A stretch of DNA of 64,000 nucleotides, taken from assembly GCA_964608675.1 (NCBI GenBank), contig CAZSOZ010000002.1:64001-128000 (forward strand), in the 5' to 3' direction. Origin of the DNA: an uncultured archaeon (lineage in GTDB: Archaea; Iainarchaeota; Iainarchaeia; Iainarchaeales; 1-14-0-10-31-34). Below the pieces are notes generated by a model. The model had not been told where the DNA came from and did no database searches. It saw nothing but the letters and a program-made list of their open reading frames with translations. Made by a program: the position numbers and the translations under genes. How positions within the stretch are numbered: position 1 is the stretch's first letter; the number at the start of each line of letters is the position of its first letter. Positions 39,662-48,493 of this stretch are shown here, piece after piece.

Positions 39662-40204
39662 ATGGAAGAACAGGTGTTGGCAGAAAAAATAAGTCAGGCA
39701 ATAGATTTTAATTTAAGCCAGATTTTTAATGAAATAGACTTAAAAGTAAAAAGCATTAATCAAATTAAAGCAGAATCATTAAAAGAAATGAAGCCTGCAG
39801 TAAATGAAAGCAGAATACTGGTTTTTTCAGAACTAAAAGGAAGCCAGGAAAAAATAAAAGCAGTAATCAGCTTCAACAAAGAAAATGCGTTAATGATGGC
39901 AGACTTAATTAAAGGAGCATCATTTGGAGCAACAAAAAATATTTCAATAAAAGAAATGAATGCATTGAAAACAATTTCAAGCAATTTATTTAAAGCAGCA
40001 GTTAATTCCCTGAATTCAGTTTTAGCTTCAAATATACAATTCTCTGAAACAAAAGTAATTTTTTCTTTCAGTGCATTCGAAAACGAATTAATTGCAGGAA
40101 ATCTTACAGGAACAGGAAAATTATTTGAATTAAGTTTAATTGTTGGTGGAACAAACATTAAAGGCAAAATGAAATTTTTTGCTTCAAATCAAATGATAAA
40201 GTGA
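39662..40204 (+). CDS. CheC-like protein, apparently lacking the catalytic ExxN motif
   Basis: SELKG...ISFNKENALMMADLI...MNALKTISSNLFKAAVNSL and IKGKMKFF follow the CheC fold pattern. Confidence 0.6.
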   Translation: MEEQVLAEKISQAIDFNLSQIFNEIDLKVKSINQIKAESLKEMKPAVNESRILVFSELKGSQEKIKAVISFNKENALMMADLIKGASFGATKNISIKEMNALKTISSNLFKAAVNSLNSVLASNIQFSETKVIFSFSAFENELIAGNLTGTGKLFELSLIVGGTNIKGKMKFFASNQMIK

Positions 40205-40211
40205 TAAAAAA

Positions 40212-41126
40212 ATGGCAAACCAATTACTTGAAAAACTAGAATCAGAGTTTCCTAAAACAGAACAAAACATGTTTCATTTAATTGACGTAAAAAAAACTGA
40301 ATATTTTTCATGCGTTCCTGAAATAATTAAATCTCTTCCAAACAAAAAAACATGCATTATAAGTATCCCAAGAGAAGGACAAAAAATATTAACTGAATTA
40401 AAAAAGAAAAAAATTGAAACAAAAAACATTTTAGTCTTAAGCGGAATAAAAGCAGATGAAACAAACCCGCAGATTAAAGTTTTTGAACCGCAATGGGATT
40501 TAAATGCATTAAAAAATTCAATCAGTTTTGCAGTAAAAAATTTTCAGGCAGATTTCTTTGTATTTGATTCAGTAAACATACTTAACTTGTTTTTAGAACA
40601 AAAAGAATTAATTGAATTCATGCAAAAATTTATTTCAATTTTAAAGCAAAGAAACATGCAGGCAGTCTTTGTTAGTATAGCTGATGAATTGCCTGACCAA
40701 ACAGCAGTAAGAATTGAAGGATTAATGGATCAAAGAATTTCATTAGAAAAATTTTTAGGCAAAAAAATAAAAATTCAGCAAAAAAAACCAAAAAAACAAG
40801 TAATAAAACAGCCAACCAAAAAACAAGCAGTAAACGTGAAAGAATTAAAGAAAAGCATTTCGCAGATAATCAGAGAAGAAGCAAAAAAAATTGCAGAAGA
40901 AACCAAAAAAAACCTTGAACTAAAACACGAAAAAGAATTAAAAGAAAAACCAAAAAAAACAAAACCAAAACAAAAACCTGTTCATAAATTAGAAAAAGAA
41001 AAAGAAAAATTAAGGCTTCAAAGAAAACTTGAATTACTGCAAAAATCTTTGGAGTTAGAAGTAATAAGCCAAAAAGCTTTTGATGAAGGAAAAAGGCAAA
41101 TACAAGAAAAAATGAGAAAAATTTAA
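40212..41126 (+). CDS. Degenerate RecA/KaiC-like domain, basic linker and SHOCT-like C-terminus
   Basis: FFVFDSVNIL (Walker-B-like) and MDQRISL with no Walker A; C-terminal LELLQKSLELEVISQKAFDEGKRQI. Confidence 0.55.
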   Translation: MANQLLEKLESEFPKTEQNMFHLIDVKKTEYFSCVPEIIKSLPNKKTCIISIPREGQKILTELKKKKIETKNILVLSGIKADETNPQIKVFEPQWDLNALKNSISFAVKNFQADFFVFDSVNILNLFLEQKELIEFMQKFISILKQRNMQAVFVSIADELPDQTAVRIEGLMDQRISLEKFLGKKIKIQQKKPKKQVIKQPTKKQAVNVKELKKSISQIIREEAKKIAEETKKNLELKHEKELKEKPKKTKPKQKPVHKLEKEKEKLRLQRKLELLQKSLELEVISQKAFDEGKRQIQEKMRKI

Positions 41127-41200
41127 CTAAAAAAACAAAGATTTATAAAAGAGAATAAATATATTCTATGTTAATTAAAAAATAATTTAGGGGTGAACCA

Positions 41201-41587
41201 ATGCCAAAAAAGAAGAAAAAAACCTCAGGAAAAAAGAAAACAACAAAAAAAACCAGAAAAAAAAAGACAACAAAAAAGACTATAAAACCAAAATTACAGA
41301 AAAAAAGCAAAGAATTTCTTTCATCAGCTTTAACTGAAATAGAACATCAACTGGAATCATTGCAGTCCACTAAAAAACAAATGGAAAGAGACTTATATTT
41401 GCTGGCATTGGATTTCAATGACACTCAAAACGAAGAAAACAAGCTAAGAGACAAAATATCAAAATTAGTGCAGAAAGAAACACAATTAAACACCAAAAAA
41501 ACAGAACTGAAAGCAGGAATGCAGGAATTACAGGAAAAAATAAACAAAGTAACAAGAATTGACGCTGAAATGAAGGGAATGGAATAA
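41201..41587 (+). CDS. H1-like Lys/Thr tail fused to a coiled coil
   Basis: MPKKKKKTSGKKKTTKKTRKKKTTKK then ~85 aa of heptads; GGGGTGA SD; hairpin plus T-run after the stop. Confidence 0.8.
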   Translation: MPKKKKKTSGKKKTTKKTRKKKTTKKTIKPKLQKKSKEFLSSALTEIEHQLESLQSTKKQMERDLYLLALDFNDTQNEENKLRDKISKLVQKETQLNTKKTELKAGMQELQEKINKVTRIDAEMKGME

Positions 41588-41637
41588 CAAATTCCTTTTT
41601 TTTTTAATTTATTTATTTTTGATTCTTATAATTTTTT

Positions 41638-42726
41638 TTAATTATTTTTTTTGCCGGCTTTAGTGTTTTCAATTAACTGTTTTTTGAATTCATTCAAATA
41701 TTCTCTGGGAATTTTTCCTGCAGCAGCAGGAATATGCCCTCCTGCAGTTGCTTCAGGAATGCCTTTAATGCTTTTTTCCAGCAAGTCATTTACTTTAACT
41801 TTATAGTCTTGTCTTCTAGCAGAAAAATAAATGTGTTCTCCTCCAAAATCTTGAACTAAAACAATTGTTTTGTCAGGAAATTCATCAGAAAGACTGTTAA
41901 TTAAAACTGATTTAATTGAATGCTCCGGCTTTAATTCAAAATAAATTAATTCTTTGGCTTCAAAAACTTCTTTTTTTGTTTTGAATTCTTCAAGCCATTT
42001 GTTTAATTCTTCTTTTAATTCATTTAAGTCATTAATTAAATCTTTTTTCATTAAATCTTCAGGTTTTTTTGCATTAAAAAAAACATTCATTAAATCGTTT
42101 ATTTTATGAAAATCAATTACTTCGATTGCTTCAATTAATTCCACTACTTTCATTAAACTGCTTTTCTGGTATTTTTTTTTTGAATCAATTCTTTCAATAA
42201 TTGAATCAACAAAATCTTTCCATTCAGAGTAAGCGTTATCGCCAAGCAAACCTATTCCTGCAATCCAGTCTGAATCCCTTAAATCAGTTAAATCAGAAAA
42301 CAAATCAAAACATAACTTGGATGCAGGATATTTGCTTCCTTCAATTCCTGTTAAATCCTGGCTTTTAATCATCAAAGTATTTTTTGAATTCAAATCAAAG
42401 TATTTTTTATGATGATCCAATACAAGAATTTTTGAAAATTTTTCTAGTTCTTTTACTGTATCAGGGTTTTGATCAAGACATAAATCCACTGAAATCAAAA
42501 ACTGGATTCCTTTTCTTCTGAATTTTTCAACAGTTTTATTCAATAAAGTTATTTGACCTGGATTCTGATGAAAAAACAAAGGTTTTTTTCCTGTAATTTT
42601 TTCCAAAGCTTTTCCTGTAATAATTCCTGCACTTATTCCATCAGGGTCAGTATGATGCAGTACTCCAATTTTTTTGTTTTTGTTTTCTAAAATTATTTCC
42701 TTAAATTTTTGTTTAAATGAATTCAT
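41638..42726 (-). CDS. DHH/DHHA1 phosphoesterase (RecJ-like)
   Basis: HHTDPDG, VDL, LDHH, FSAR and AGGHIPAAAG. Confidence 0.92.
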   Translation of the reverse strand: MNSFKQKFKEIILENKNKKIGVLHHTDPDGISAGIITGKALEKITGKKPLFFHQNPGQITLLNKTVEKFRRKGIQFLISVDLCLDQNPDTVKELEKFSKILVLDHHKKYFDLNSKNTLMIKSQDLTGIEGSKYPASKLCFDLFSDLTDLRDSDWIAGIGLLGDNAYSEWKDFVDSIIERIDSKKKYQKSSLMKVVELIEAIEVIDFHKINDLMNVFFNAKKPEDLMKKDLINDLNELKEELNKWLEEFKTKKEVFEAKELIYFELKPEHSIKSVLINSLSDEFPDKTIVLVQDFGGEHIYFSARRQDYKVKVNDLLEKSIKGIPEATAGGHIPAAAGKIPREYLNEFKKQLIENTKAGKKNN

Positions 42727-42793
42727 AAACTAAAAAAAAAATTAAAGAAAGCCTTAAAAAGAGGATCTAGCATTACTGCTATGTGGTGATTTT

Positions 42794-42958
42794 ATGGGCT
42801 ATAGTCATACAAACAGCAAAGGAATAACTTATTATTTGCATTCAAAAGGAAAACTTTATTTTTTTTCTAAAAAAGAAGATGATTCAATTGATTTGCCTGA
42901 AGGCTACACTGTAGTGGAAAACCAGAGAACAGGTCTGCCCATGATTAAACGAAAATAA
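42794..42958 (+). CDS. 54-aa small protein (not in ORF track)
   Basis: Hand translation MGYSHTNSKGITYYLHSKGKLYFFSKKEDDSIDLPEGYTVVENQRTGLPMIKRK; GGTGAT SD. Confidence 0.85.
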   Translation: MGYSHTNSKGITYYLHSKGKLYFFSKKEDDSIDLPEGYTVVENQRTGLPMIKRK

Positions 42959-42973
42959 AAAAACTGGTTTTTA

Positions 42974-44050
42974 ATGAAAGAAAAAATAAAAGAATTTTTT
43001 TCTAAAACAAAAGCAGACAGTTTAATAATAAGAAATTTCAGTAATTTTTCTGACCCTAATTTTTATTTTTTTTCTCAGTTAAGCAGAGAAAAATATGAAA
43101 ACAATTTTATGGTTATAGCAAAAAACAAAAAACCTGTAATTATTTCTTCTGCTTTAGAGGGAGCAGGAATCCCTGACTCAAAAAATTATTTAGTTAAAAC
43201 AATAAACAAAAAAAAAGATTTTTTGAAAGCATTAAAGAATTCAGTTAAAGGAAAAACAATCGGCTTAAATTTTGAGGTTTTTCCTGTAAACAAAATGAAA
43301 AGACTTAAACAAGAACTTAAAGGAAAAAAATTCACTGATGTTTCAAAAGAGCTTGCAGAAACCAGAAGCACTAAAACAAAACAAGAAATAAAAAAAATAA
43401 AAAAAGCCTGTGAAATAACTGAAAAAACTTTTTTGGAAATAAAATCAATTTTTAAGCCTGAAATAACTGAATTAGAGCTTGCTTCAGAACTTGAATTCAA
43501 AGCAAAAAAACTTGGAGCCGAAGAACTTGCTTTTCCATTAATTGTTGCTTCAGGAAAAAATTCAAGTATTCCTCACCATAACACTTCAAACAAAAAAATC
43601 AAAAAAAATGAATTAATTTTAATTGACTTTGGAGTAAAATACAAAGGATACTGCTCTGATTTAACTCGAATGTTTTTTTCAGGAAAAACTCCAAAAAAAT
43701 TTAATGAATTATATGCAAAAGTTGCTGAAGCAAAAAAGCTTGCAGAAAAAGAATTAGGGCAGGGAAAAGATTATTCTAATGCATTCAAAAAAGCAGATGA
43801 ATTCCTAAAAAAAGAGCTTGGACAAAATTTAATGCATGATATTGGCCACGGCCTTGGATTGGAAGTGCATGATTTTCCCAAAAAAAATTTTGGCAAAAAA
43901 AACATTTTAAGAAAAGGAATGGTTTTAACTATTGAACCAGGATACTACAAAAAAGATTTTAGGGGAATAAGAATAGAAGACGATTATTTAATTACTGAAA
44001 CTGGATTCAAAAAACTTTCTAATGCTCCTGAAAAAATTACTGAAATTTAA
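42974..44050 (+). CDS. Xaa-Pro aminopeptidase/prolidase (M24)
   Basis: IDFGVKYKGYCSDLTR, GHGLGLEVHD, TIEPG and GIRIEDD. Confidence 0.94.
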   Translation: MKEKIKEFFSKTKADSLIIRNFSNFSDPNFYFFSQLSREKYENNFMVIAKNKKPVIISSALEGAGIPDSKNYLVKTINKKKDFLKALKNSVKGKTIGLNFEVFPVNKMKRLKQELKGKKFTDVSKELAETRSTKTKQEIKKIKKACEITEKTFLEIKSIFKPEITELELASELEFKAKKLGAEELAFPLIVASGKNSSIPHHNTSNKKIKKNELILIDFGVKYKGYCSDLTRMFFSGKTPKKFNELYAKVAEAKKLAEKELGQGKDYSNAFKKADEFLKKELGQNLMHDIGHGLGLEVHDFPKKNFGKKNILRKGMVLTIEPGYYKKDFRGIRIEDDYLITETGFKKLSNAPEKITEI

Positions 44051-44101
44051 ATACAAAAAGCATTTATATTACTTAATTTCTTAATTTTACAGTGAAATTT
44101 A

Positions 44102-44470
44102 ATGCCTAAACCTAAACCCAAAAAAAGAATTAATTTTGGAAACAAAAGAAACAGAAAAACAAAGTATACTGTAAGAGTAGATTTACATAAACCTGGATTT
44201 GAACGCAAATTTAAAACTTCAAGAACTATTGCTGATGAAACAAAAATAACAATTGAAGGGCAGGATAAAAGACAATTAAAACAGAAACACAAAAGGTTTC
44301 TTGAAAAAAACCCTTACAAAGAAATTAAGGGAACAACAAAAGAATTATACGCAAAAAGAAAAGGAATTAAAGCAGGAAAAACCAAAAAACCCAAAAAAAG
44401 AAAAGAAAAAAAACGTAATGAGGGTTCTAATTCAGGAAAAGCTGTCTGGCCAAAACCTGATTTTATGTAA
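44102..44470 (+). CDS. Very basic orphan protein
   Basis: MPKPKPKKR start, K/R-rich throughout. Confidence 0.6.
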   Translation: MPKPKPKKRINFGNKRNRKTKYTVRVDLHKPGFERKFKTSRTIADETKITIEGQDKRQLKQKHKRFLEKNPYKEIKGTTKELYAKRKGIKAGKTKKPKKRKEKKRNEGSNSGKAVWPKPDFM

Positions 44471-44504
44471 TTCTGGAAATAATTAAATAATTAATAAAAG
44501 GAGA

Positions 44505-44966
44505 GTGATTTTTTTGCCAAAAAAACCTGTAAAAAGAAAGAGTTTCAGCCGTCAAAAAGCTGGTGGCCAAAAGAAACATACTCGGAGAACAGACATAACT
44601 GTAGGATTAGATAAGAACACTGTTAGAGCAACTTTTCATAAACCAAAAAAAGTTTCTGATCAAAGAAGAAGAACTGTTAAACCTGGAAAATTAATTGAAA
44701 CCAACGACCCTAGCTGGATAGAAAGAAAGGACACCGGCAGAATGCGCACTGTAGTTCCAAGAAACCATGTAATGCAGGGTGATAGAATACTCGCTTCAGG
44801 TTTTTACAAAAGAGGGGAAAAAACATTTACCAGAAATACACGAGGAATAAGTGTTTCAAGAAATAAAAAAACTAAAAAAGGAAGAAAAGGAAATCGTAAA
44901 CAGAGTTCTGGAAGAGCCAGTGTTTCATCAATTATGAAAATGGTTTCAAAAAAGGGAAAAAAGTGA
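44505..44966 (+). CDS. Very basic orphan protein, possible paralogue of the upstream gene
   Basis: PKKPVKRK near the start; shares TVRxxxHKP and a C-terminal SG[KR]A with 44102. Confidence 0.6.
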   Translation: MIFLPKKPVKRKSFSRQKAGGQKKHTRRTDITVGLDKNTVRATFHKPKKVSDQRRRTVKPGKLIETNDPSWIERKDTGRMRTVVPRNHVMQGDRILASGFYKRGEKTFTRNTRGISVSRNKKTKKGRKGNRKQSSGRASVSSIMKMVSKKGKK

Positions 44967-45010
44967 TTTTTTAATTCATTTTTTATTCTTTTAGTTCTTT
45001 TTTTGTATTC

Positions 45011-45766
45011 ATGGCCTTCCAGCTGAATAAAGCAAAAGACGCAATTGAAGCAGGCATTAATTCAGATAAAATGCTGATTGTAATAGGAGAATGCTTTGTT
45101 CAATACCAGGGAAGAGCAGGAAGCAGGCTTCCAAAAGGAAAAAGAATGCTTTTAATTAAATCAGATAAAAGTTTTGCTATTCATCAGAACACTAAATTAA
45201 GGCCGATTAATTATATGATGAATGCAGTTCCTTCAATTTTATTGGATGACGAAAACAAATGCCTTGTTATTTCTGCTTTAAAAAGAAAGCCAAAAGAAAA
45301 AATTGAAGTCTTTTTTTATTCAGTTGATTTTGTGGATTCATTTGAAATTGACGGAAACAAAGAATTAAGGCTGTTTGGTTCAGAAAGAGAATTAAGTGAT
45401 TTGTTAATGCAGGATTTAAGTGTTTTAGAAAAAGGATTAAAAGCCTTAAAAAAAGAAGTTCCATTAAGAAAAGGAGTCATAGACATTATGGCTGAAGACA
45501 GAAAAGGAAACATGGTTGTAATTGAAGTTAAAAGAAGAAGAGCAGATTTAAATTCTGTAAGACAATTACACAGTTATATGAAGCAGGTTGAATCAATTAA
45601 AGAAAAAAAAACCAGAGGAATTTTATGTGCGCCTTCAATTGGAAAACCTGCAATGGAATTACTGGAAAAATATGGTTTAGAGTACTGCAGACTTGATTAT
45701 GAAATTCATAATCCTCATGCAGAAATCAAAGGCCTTCATAAAAAACAGAAAACTTTGTTTGAGTGA
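45011..45766 (+). CDS. nucS: Mismatch endonuclease NucS/EndoMS
   Basis: CFVQYQGRAGS, IKSDKSFAIH, PINY, IDIMAED...VIEVKRR and QLHSY. Confidence 0.94.
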   Translation: MAFQLNKAKDAIEAGINSDKMLIVIGECFVQYQGRAGSRLPKGKRMLLIKSDKSFAIHQNTKLRPINYMMNAVPSILLDDENKCLVISALKRKPKEKIEVFFYSVDFVDSFEIDGNKELRLFGSERELSDLLMQDLSVLEKGLKALKKEVPLRKGVIDIMAEDRKGNMVVIEVKRRRADLNSVRQLHSYMKQVESIKEKKTRGILCAPSIGKPAMELLEKYGLEYCRLDYEIHNPHAEIKGLHKKQKTLFE

Positions 45767-45770
45767 TTGA

Positions 45771-46229
45771 ATGAAAAAAATGCCTGGAATAAAAATTCAA
45801 TATAAAATAAATTTAAAAACAGGCATTAAAGCAAGATATTTTATTTCAGAGGGAATTCCGTCAAGAGATTTTGCTTCATCTCCTGAAATAAGAAAAGCAA
45901 TAAACGAGTTTGGAAAAAACTATAAAATAAATCCTATAGGAAGAGAATTAGGGTTTATTAGAGCGTCTGTTAAAGAAAACAAACTGGATTTAATTGATGT
46001 TTGTCCTTTTTGGGAGTACAAGGAATTTATTGGAAAAAAAATTGGTAGAATACTTGAAAACAGGTTTAGAGCAAAAATAACTGAAGTTTTTCCTTCAGTT
46101 AAGAAAGTCAGGGAATGGGAGCCAAATACACCAAGAATTAAAAGCAATAAAAAAGCAGGACTGAAAAACCCTTATACTGTAAATGACTGGAAAAAAAAGT
46201 TTCGCAGGCCGAAAAGAAAGCCAAAATGA
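45771..46229 (+). CDS. Basic orphan protein
   Basis: 152-aa ORF ending KKKFRRPKRKPK. Confidence 0.6.
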   Translation: MKKMPGIKIQYKINLKTGIKARYFISEGIPSRDFASSPEIRKAINEFGKNYKINPIGRELGFIRASVKENKLDLIDVCPFWEYKEFIGKKIGRILENRFRAKITEVFPSVKKVREWEPNTPRIKSNKKAGLKNPYTVNDWKKKFRRPKRKPK

Positions 46230-46289
46230 AATTCACTGAACACTTTAATTAAATTTTGTTTTTTTATTTTTTTTTAGGAGGGAAAAAAA

Positions 46290-47588
46290 ATGAAGGTTTT
46301 GTTGATAGGAAGTACTGCAAGAGCAGATTGTATTGCAGAAGCAATTATAAAAAGTAAATTAAAGCCTGAATTGTATGCAGTAATGCCTGTATTAAATCCC
46401 GGCGTAAAACAGAAAGCAAAAGAATTAATTGTGCATTCAATAATGGATTTTTCTTTTATAGCTGATTACGCAAAAAAAATTAAGCCGGATTTTGCTTTTA
46501 TTGCACCAGATGACCCTTTAGCAGAAGGCTTGGTAAACAAATTAGAAGAAATTAACGTAAAAAGTTTTGGCCCAAAAAAAGAGACTGCAAGAATTGAATC
46601 CAGCAAAAGTTTTGCAAGAGAATTAATGAAAAAACATGAAATAGAAGGACTGCCGGAATTCAAAATTTTTTCAGACAATCAGGGAATGCAGGATTTCAGT
46701 GAAAAACTTGAACAAATTGTAGTAAAACCCGATGGTTTAACAGCAGGAAAAGGAGTAAAAGTTCAGGGAGACCATTTTGATTCAAAAGAAACAGGATTAA
46801 GTTATGCAGACAAATTACTTGAAAAAGAAAAAGTAATAATAGAAGAAAAACTTGAAGGCGAAGAATTTTCTCTTCAAAGTTTTTGTGATGGAAAAACTGT
46901 ATTGGATTGTGTTCCTGCACAAGATCATAAAAGAGCGTTTGAAAATGATTTAGGGCCAAATACAGGAGGAATGGGTTCATATTCGTGCGAAAATCGATTG
47001 CTTCCTTTTCTGGAAGAAAAACATTTAAAGCAGGCTCATGAAATAACTAAAAAAATTGCTTTGGCAATAAAAAAAGAAACAGGAACAGAATTCAAGGGAA
47101 TTTTATACGGTGGATTCATGTTAACTAAAAAAGGAGTAAAAGTAATTGAATTTAATGCAAGGTTTGGAGACCCTGAAGTAATGAATGTTCTGCCTTTGCT
47201 TAAAAACGATTTTGTTGAAGTATGCCAAAAAACAATAAATGGAACATTAAATGAAATCCAGCTTGAATTTGAACCAAAAGCTTCTGTATGCAAGTATGTT
47301 GTTCCAGAAGGCTATCCTATTGCACCAGTAAAAAATCAGTTCATTGAATTCAAAGAAACAAAAGCAAAACATTATTTTGGAGCAATAAACGAAAAAAACA
47401 ATCATTATTTGATGACTGGTTCAAGAGCAATGGCTTTTGTAGGACACGGCAATTCACTTGATGAAGCAGAACAAATTGCTCAAAATGCAGTTAATTTAGT
47501 TCAAGGAAAAGTTTTTTTCAGAAAAGACATCGGCACAAAAGAATTAATAGAAAAAAGAGTTCGAAATATGAAGTCATTGTTTAAATGA
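46290..47588 (+). CDS. purD: Phosphoribosylamine-glycine ligase
   Basis: IESSKSFAR, KPDGLTAGKGV, QDHKRA, GPNTGGMGSY and EFNARFGDPE. Confidence 0.97.
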   Translation: MKVLLIGSTARADCIAEAIIKSKLKPELYAVMPVLNPGVKQKAKELIVHSIMDFSFIADYAKKIKPDFAFIAPDDPLAEGLVNKLEEINVKSFGPKKETARIESSKSFARELMKKHEIEGLPEFKIFSDNQGMQDFSEKLEQIVVKPDGLTAGKGVKVQGDHFDSKETGLSYADKLLEKEKVIIEEKLEGEEFSLQSFCDGKTVLDCVPAQDHKRAFENDLGPNTGGMGSYSCENRLLPFLEEKHLKQAHEITKKIALAIKKETGTEFKGILYGGFMLTKKGVKVIEFNARFGDPEVMNVLPLLKNDFVEVCQKTINGTLNEIQLEFEPKASVCKYVVPEGYPIAPVKNQFIEFKETKAKHYFGAINEKNNHYLMTGSRAMAFVGHGNSLDEAEQIAQNAVNLVQGKVFFRKDIGTKELIEKRVRNMKSLFK

Positions 47589-47632
47589 AAAAACTTTTTA
47601 AGTTTTGGGTTCAAGTTTATATTTGATTAAAA

Positions 47633-47821
47633 ATGATGGGAAAATGCAAGAGATGCGAAAAAAGAGATGAATTAAAAGGCGGTTTATGCGAAGACTGTAT
47701 TGAAGAAGAAGAAGCAAAAAGAATCCCGGTGGACAAACCAAGAGAAAAACCATCAAAAGAAGAAATACAAAAAGAAATAGAAGAAAAAAGAAGAGATAAA
47801 AGTTTCTGGACGAACTTTTAA
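47633..47821 (+). CDS. Small C4 zinc-finger protein
   Basis: CKRC-x10-CEDC followed by a charged helix. Confidence 0.65.
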   Translation: MMGKCKRCEKRDELKGGLCEDCIEEEEAKRIPVDKPREKPSKEEIQKEIEEKRRDKSFWTNF

Positions 47822-47961
47822 CGTTTAACTTTGTTGTTTTCAAGATTGCTTAATCTTACATTCAGGTTAATTTGTTCGTTTTCCAAGTCTCTAAGCTTTT
47901 TGTCCAAGGATTCAATTTTTTCGTTTAACATAACTGTTTGCTTAACTATTCCCACAGGCAT
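47818..47961 (-). CDS. 47-aa coiled-coil peptide (not in ORF track)
   Basis: Hand translation MPVGIVKQTVMLNEKIESLDKKLRDLENEQINLNVRLSNLENNKVKR with Leu heptads. Confidence 0.55.
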   Translation of the reverse strand: MPVGIVKQTVMLNEKIESLDKKLRDLENEQINLNVRLSNLENNKVKR

Positions 47962-48114
47962 TAAATTCCCCATATAAAGTTATAAAGTGAAATCTTTTTA
48001 TTGTGTTTGTTTTCTGCTTTATAAGAATTTAAGAAAAAAAAGGCTTTTTTGGGGATAGATTTAAATATTTTTTCAGGAAAAAATCTAAGAAAAAGGAAGA
48101 TTGAGGAAGATTGT

Positions 48115-48492
48115 ATGGCTAAAAAAAATAAAACTAAAAAAACAGAAAAAAAGAAAACTAAAACAGTTAAAAGAAAAACTAAACCAAAAACAGAAAAAAA
48201 GAAAACAAAACAGAAAAAAAACAAAAAAAAGAAAAACAGTAAAACAAAAAAAAATAAGAAAAAGAAAACAACACGAAAAACCAGCAAAAAAAAGCAAAAA
48301 AAAACCAAAGAAAAAAATGAAGAAAAGAAAGAAGAAAAGAAAAAAAAGAAAGACTTCAAGAAAAAAGACGGCAAAATAAAGTTTTTTGAAGCCGAAGCAG
48401 AAGAAGAGGAAGAAAATGAATTTTTTTCTTATCCTGCGGAATTTGACAGAATTGACAGGGATTTTGAATCAGATTATGATTTAGAATATTAA
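48115..48492 (+). CDS. Lys/Thr-rich H1-like protein with a strongly acidic C-terminal tail
   Basis: MAKKNKTKKTEKKK... ending EAEAEEEEENEFFSYPAEFDRIDRDFESDYDLEY; GAGG upstream of ATG 48115. Confidence 0.65.
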   Translation: MAKKNKTKKTEKKKTKTVKRKTKPKTEKKKTKQKKNKKKKNSKTKKNKKKKTTRKTSKKKQKKTKEKNEEKKEEKKKKKDFKKKDGKIKFFEAEAEEEEENEFFSYPAEFDRIDRDFESDYDLEY

Positions 48493-48493
48493 T

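Noticed and set aside
47961-48379. Phe-rich ORFs (47961-48374, 48085-48297, also 15108-15365) and the alternative-frame ORF 48101-48379
   Set aside because: Antisense or frame shadows of poly-Lys coding sequence.
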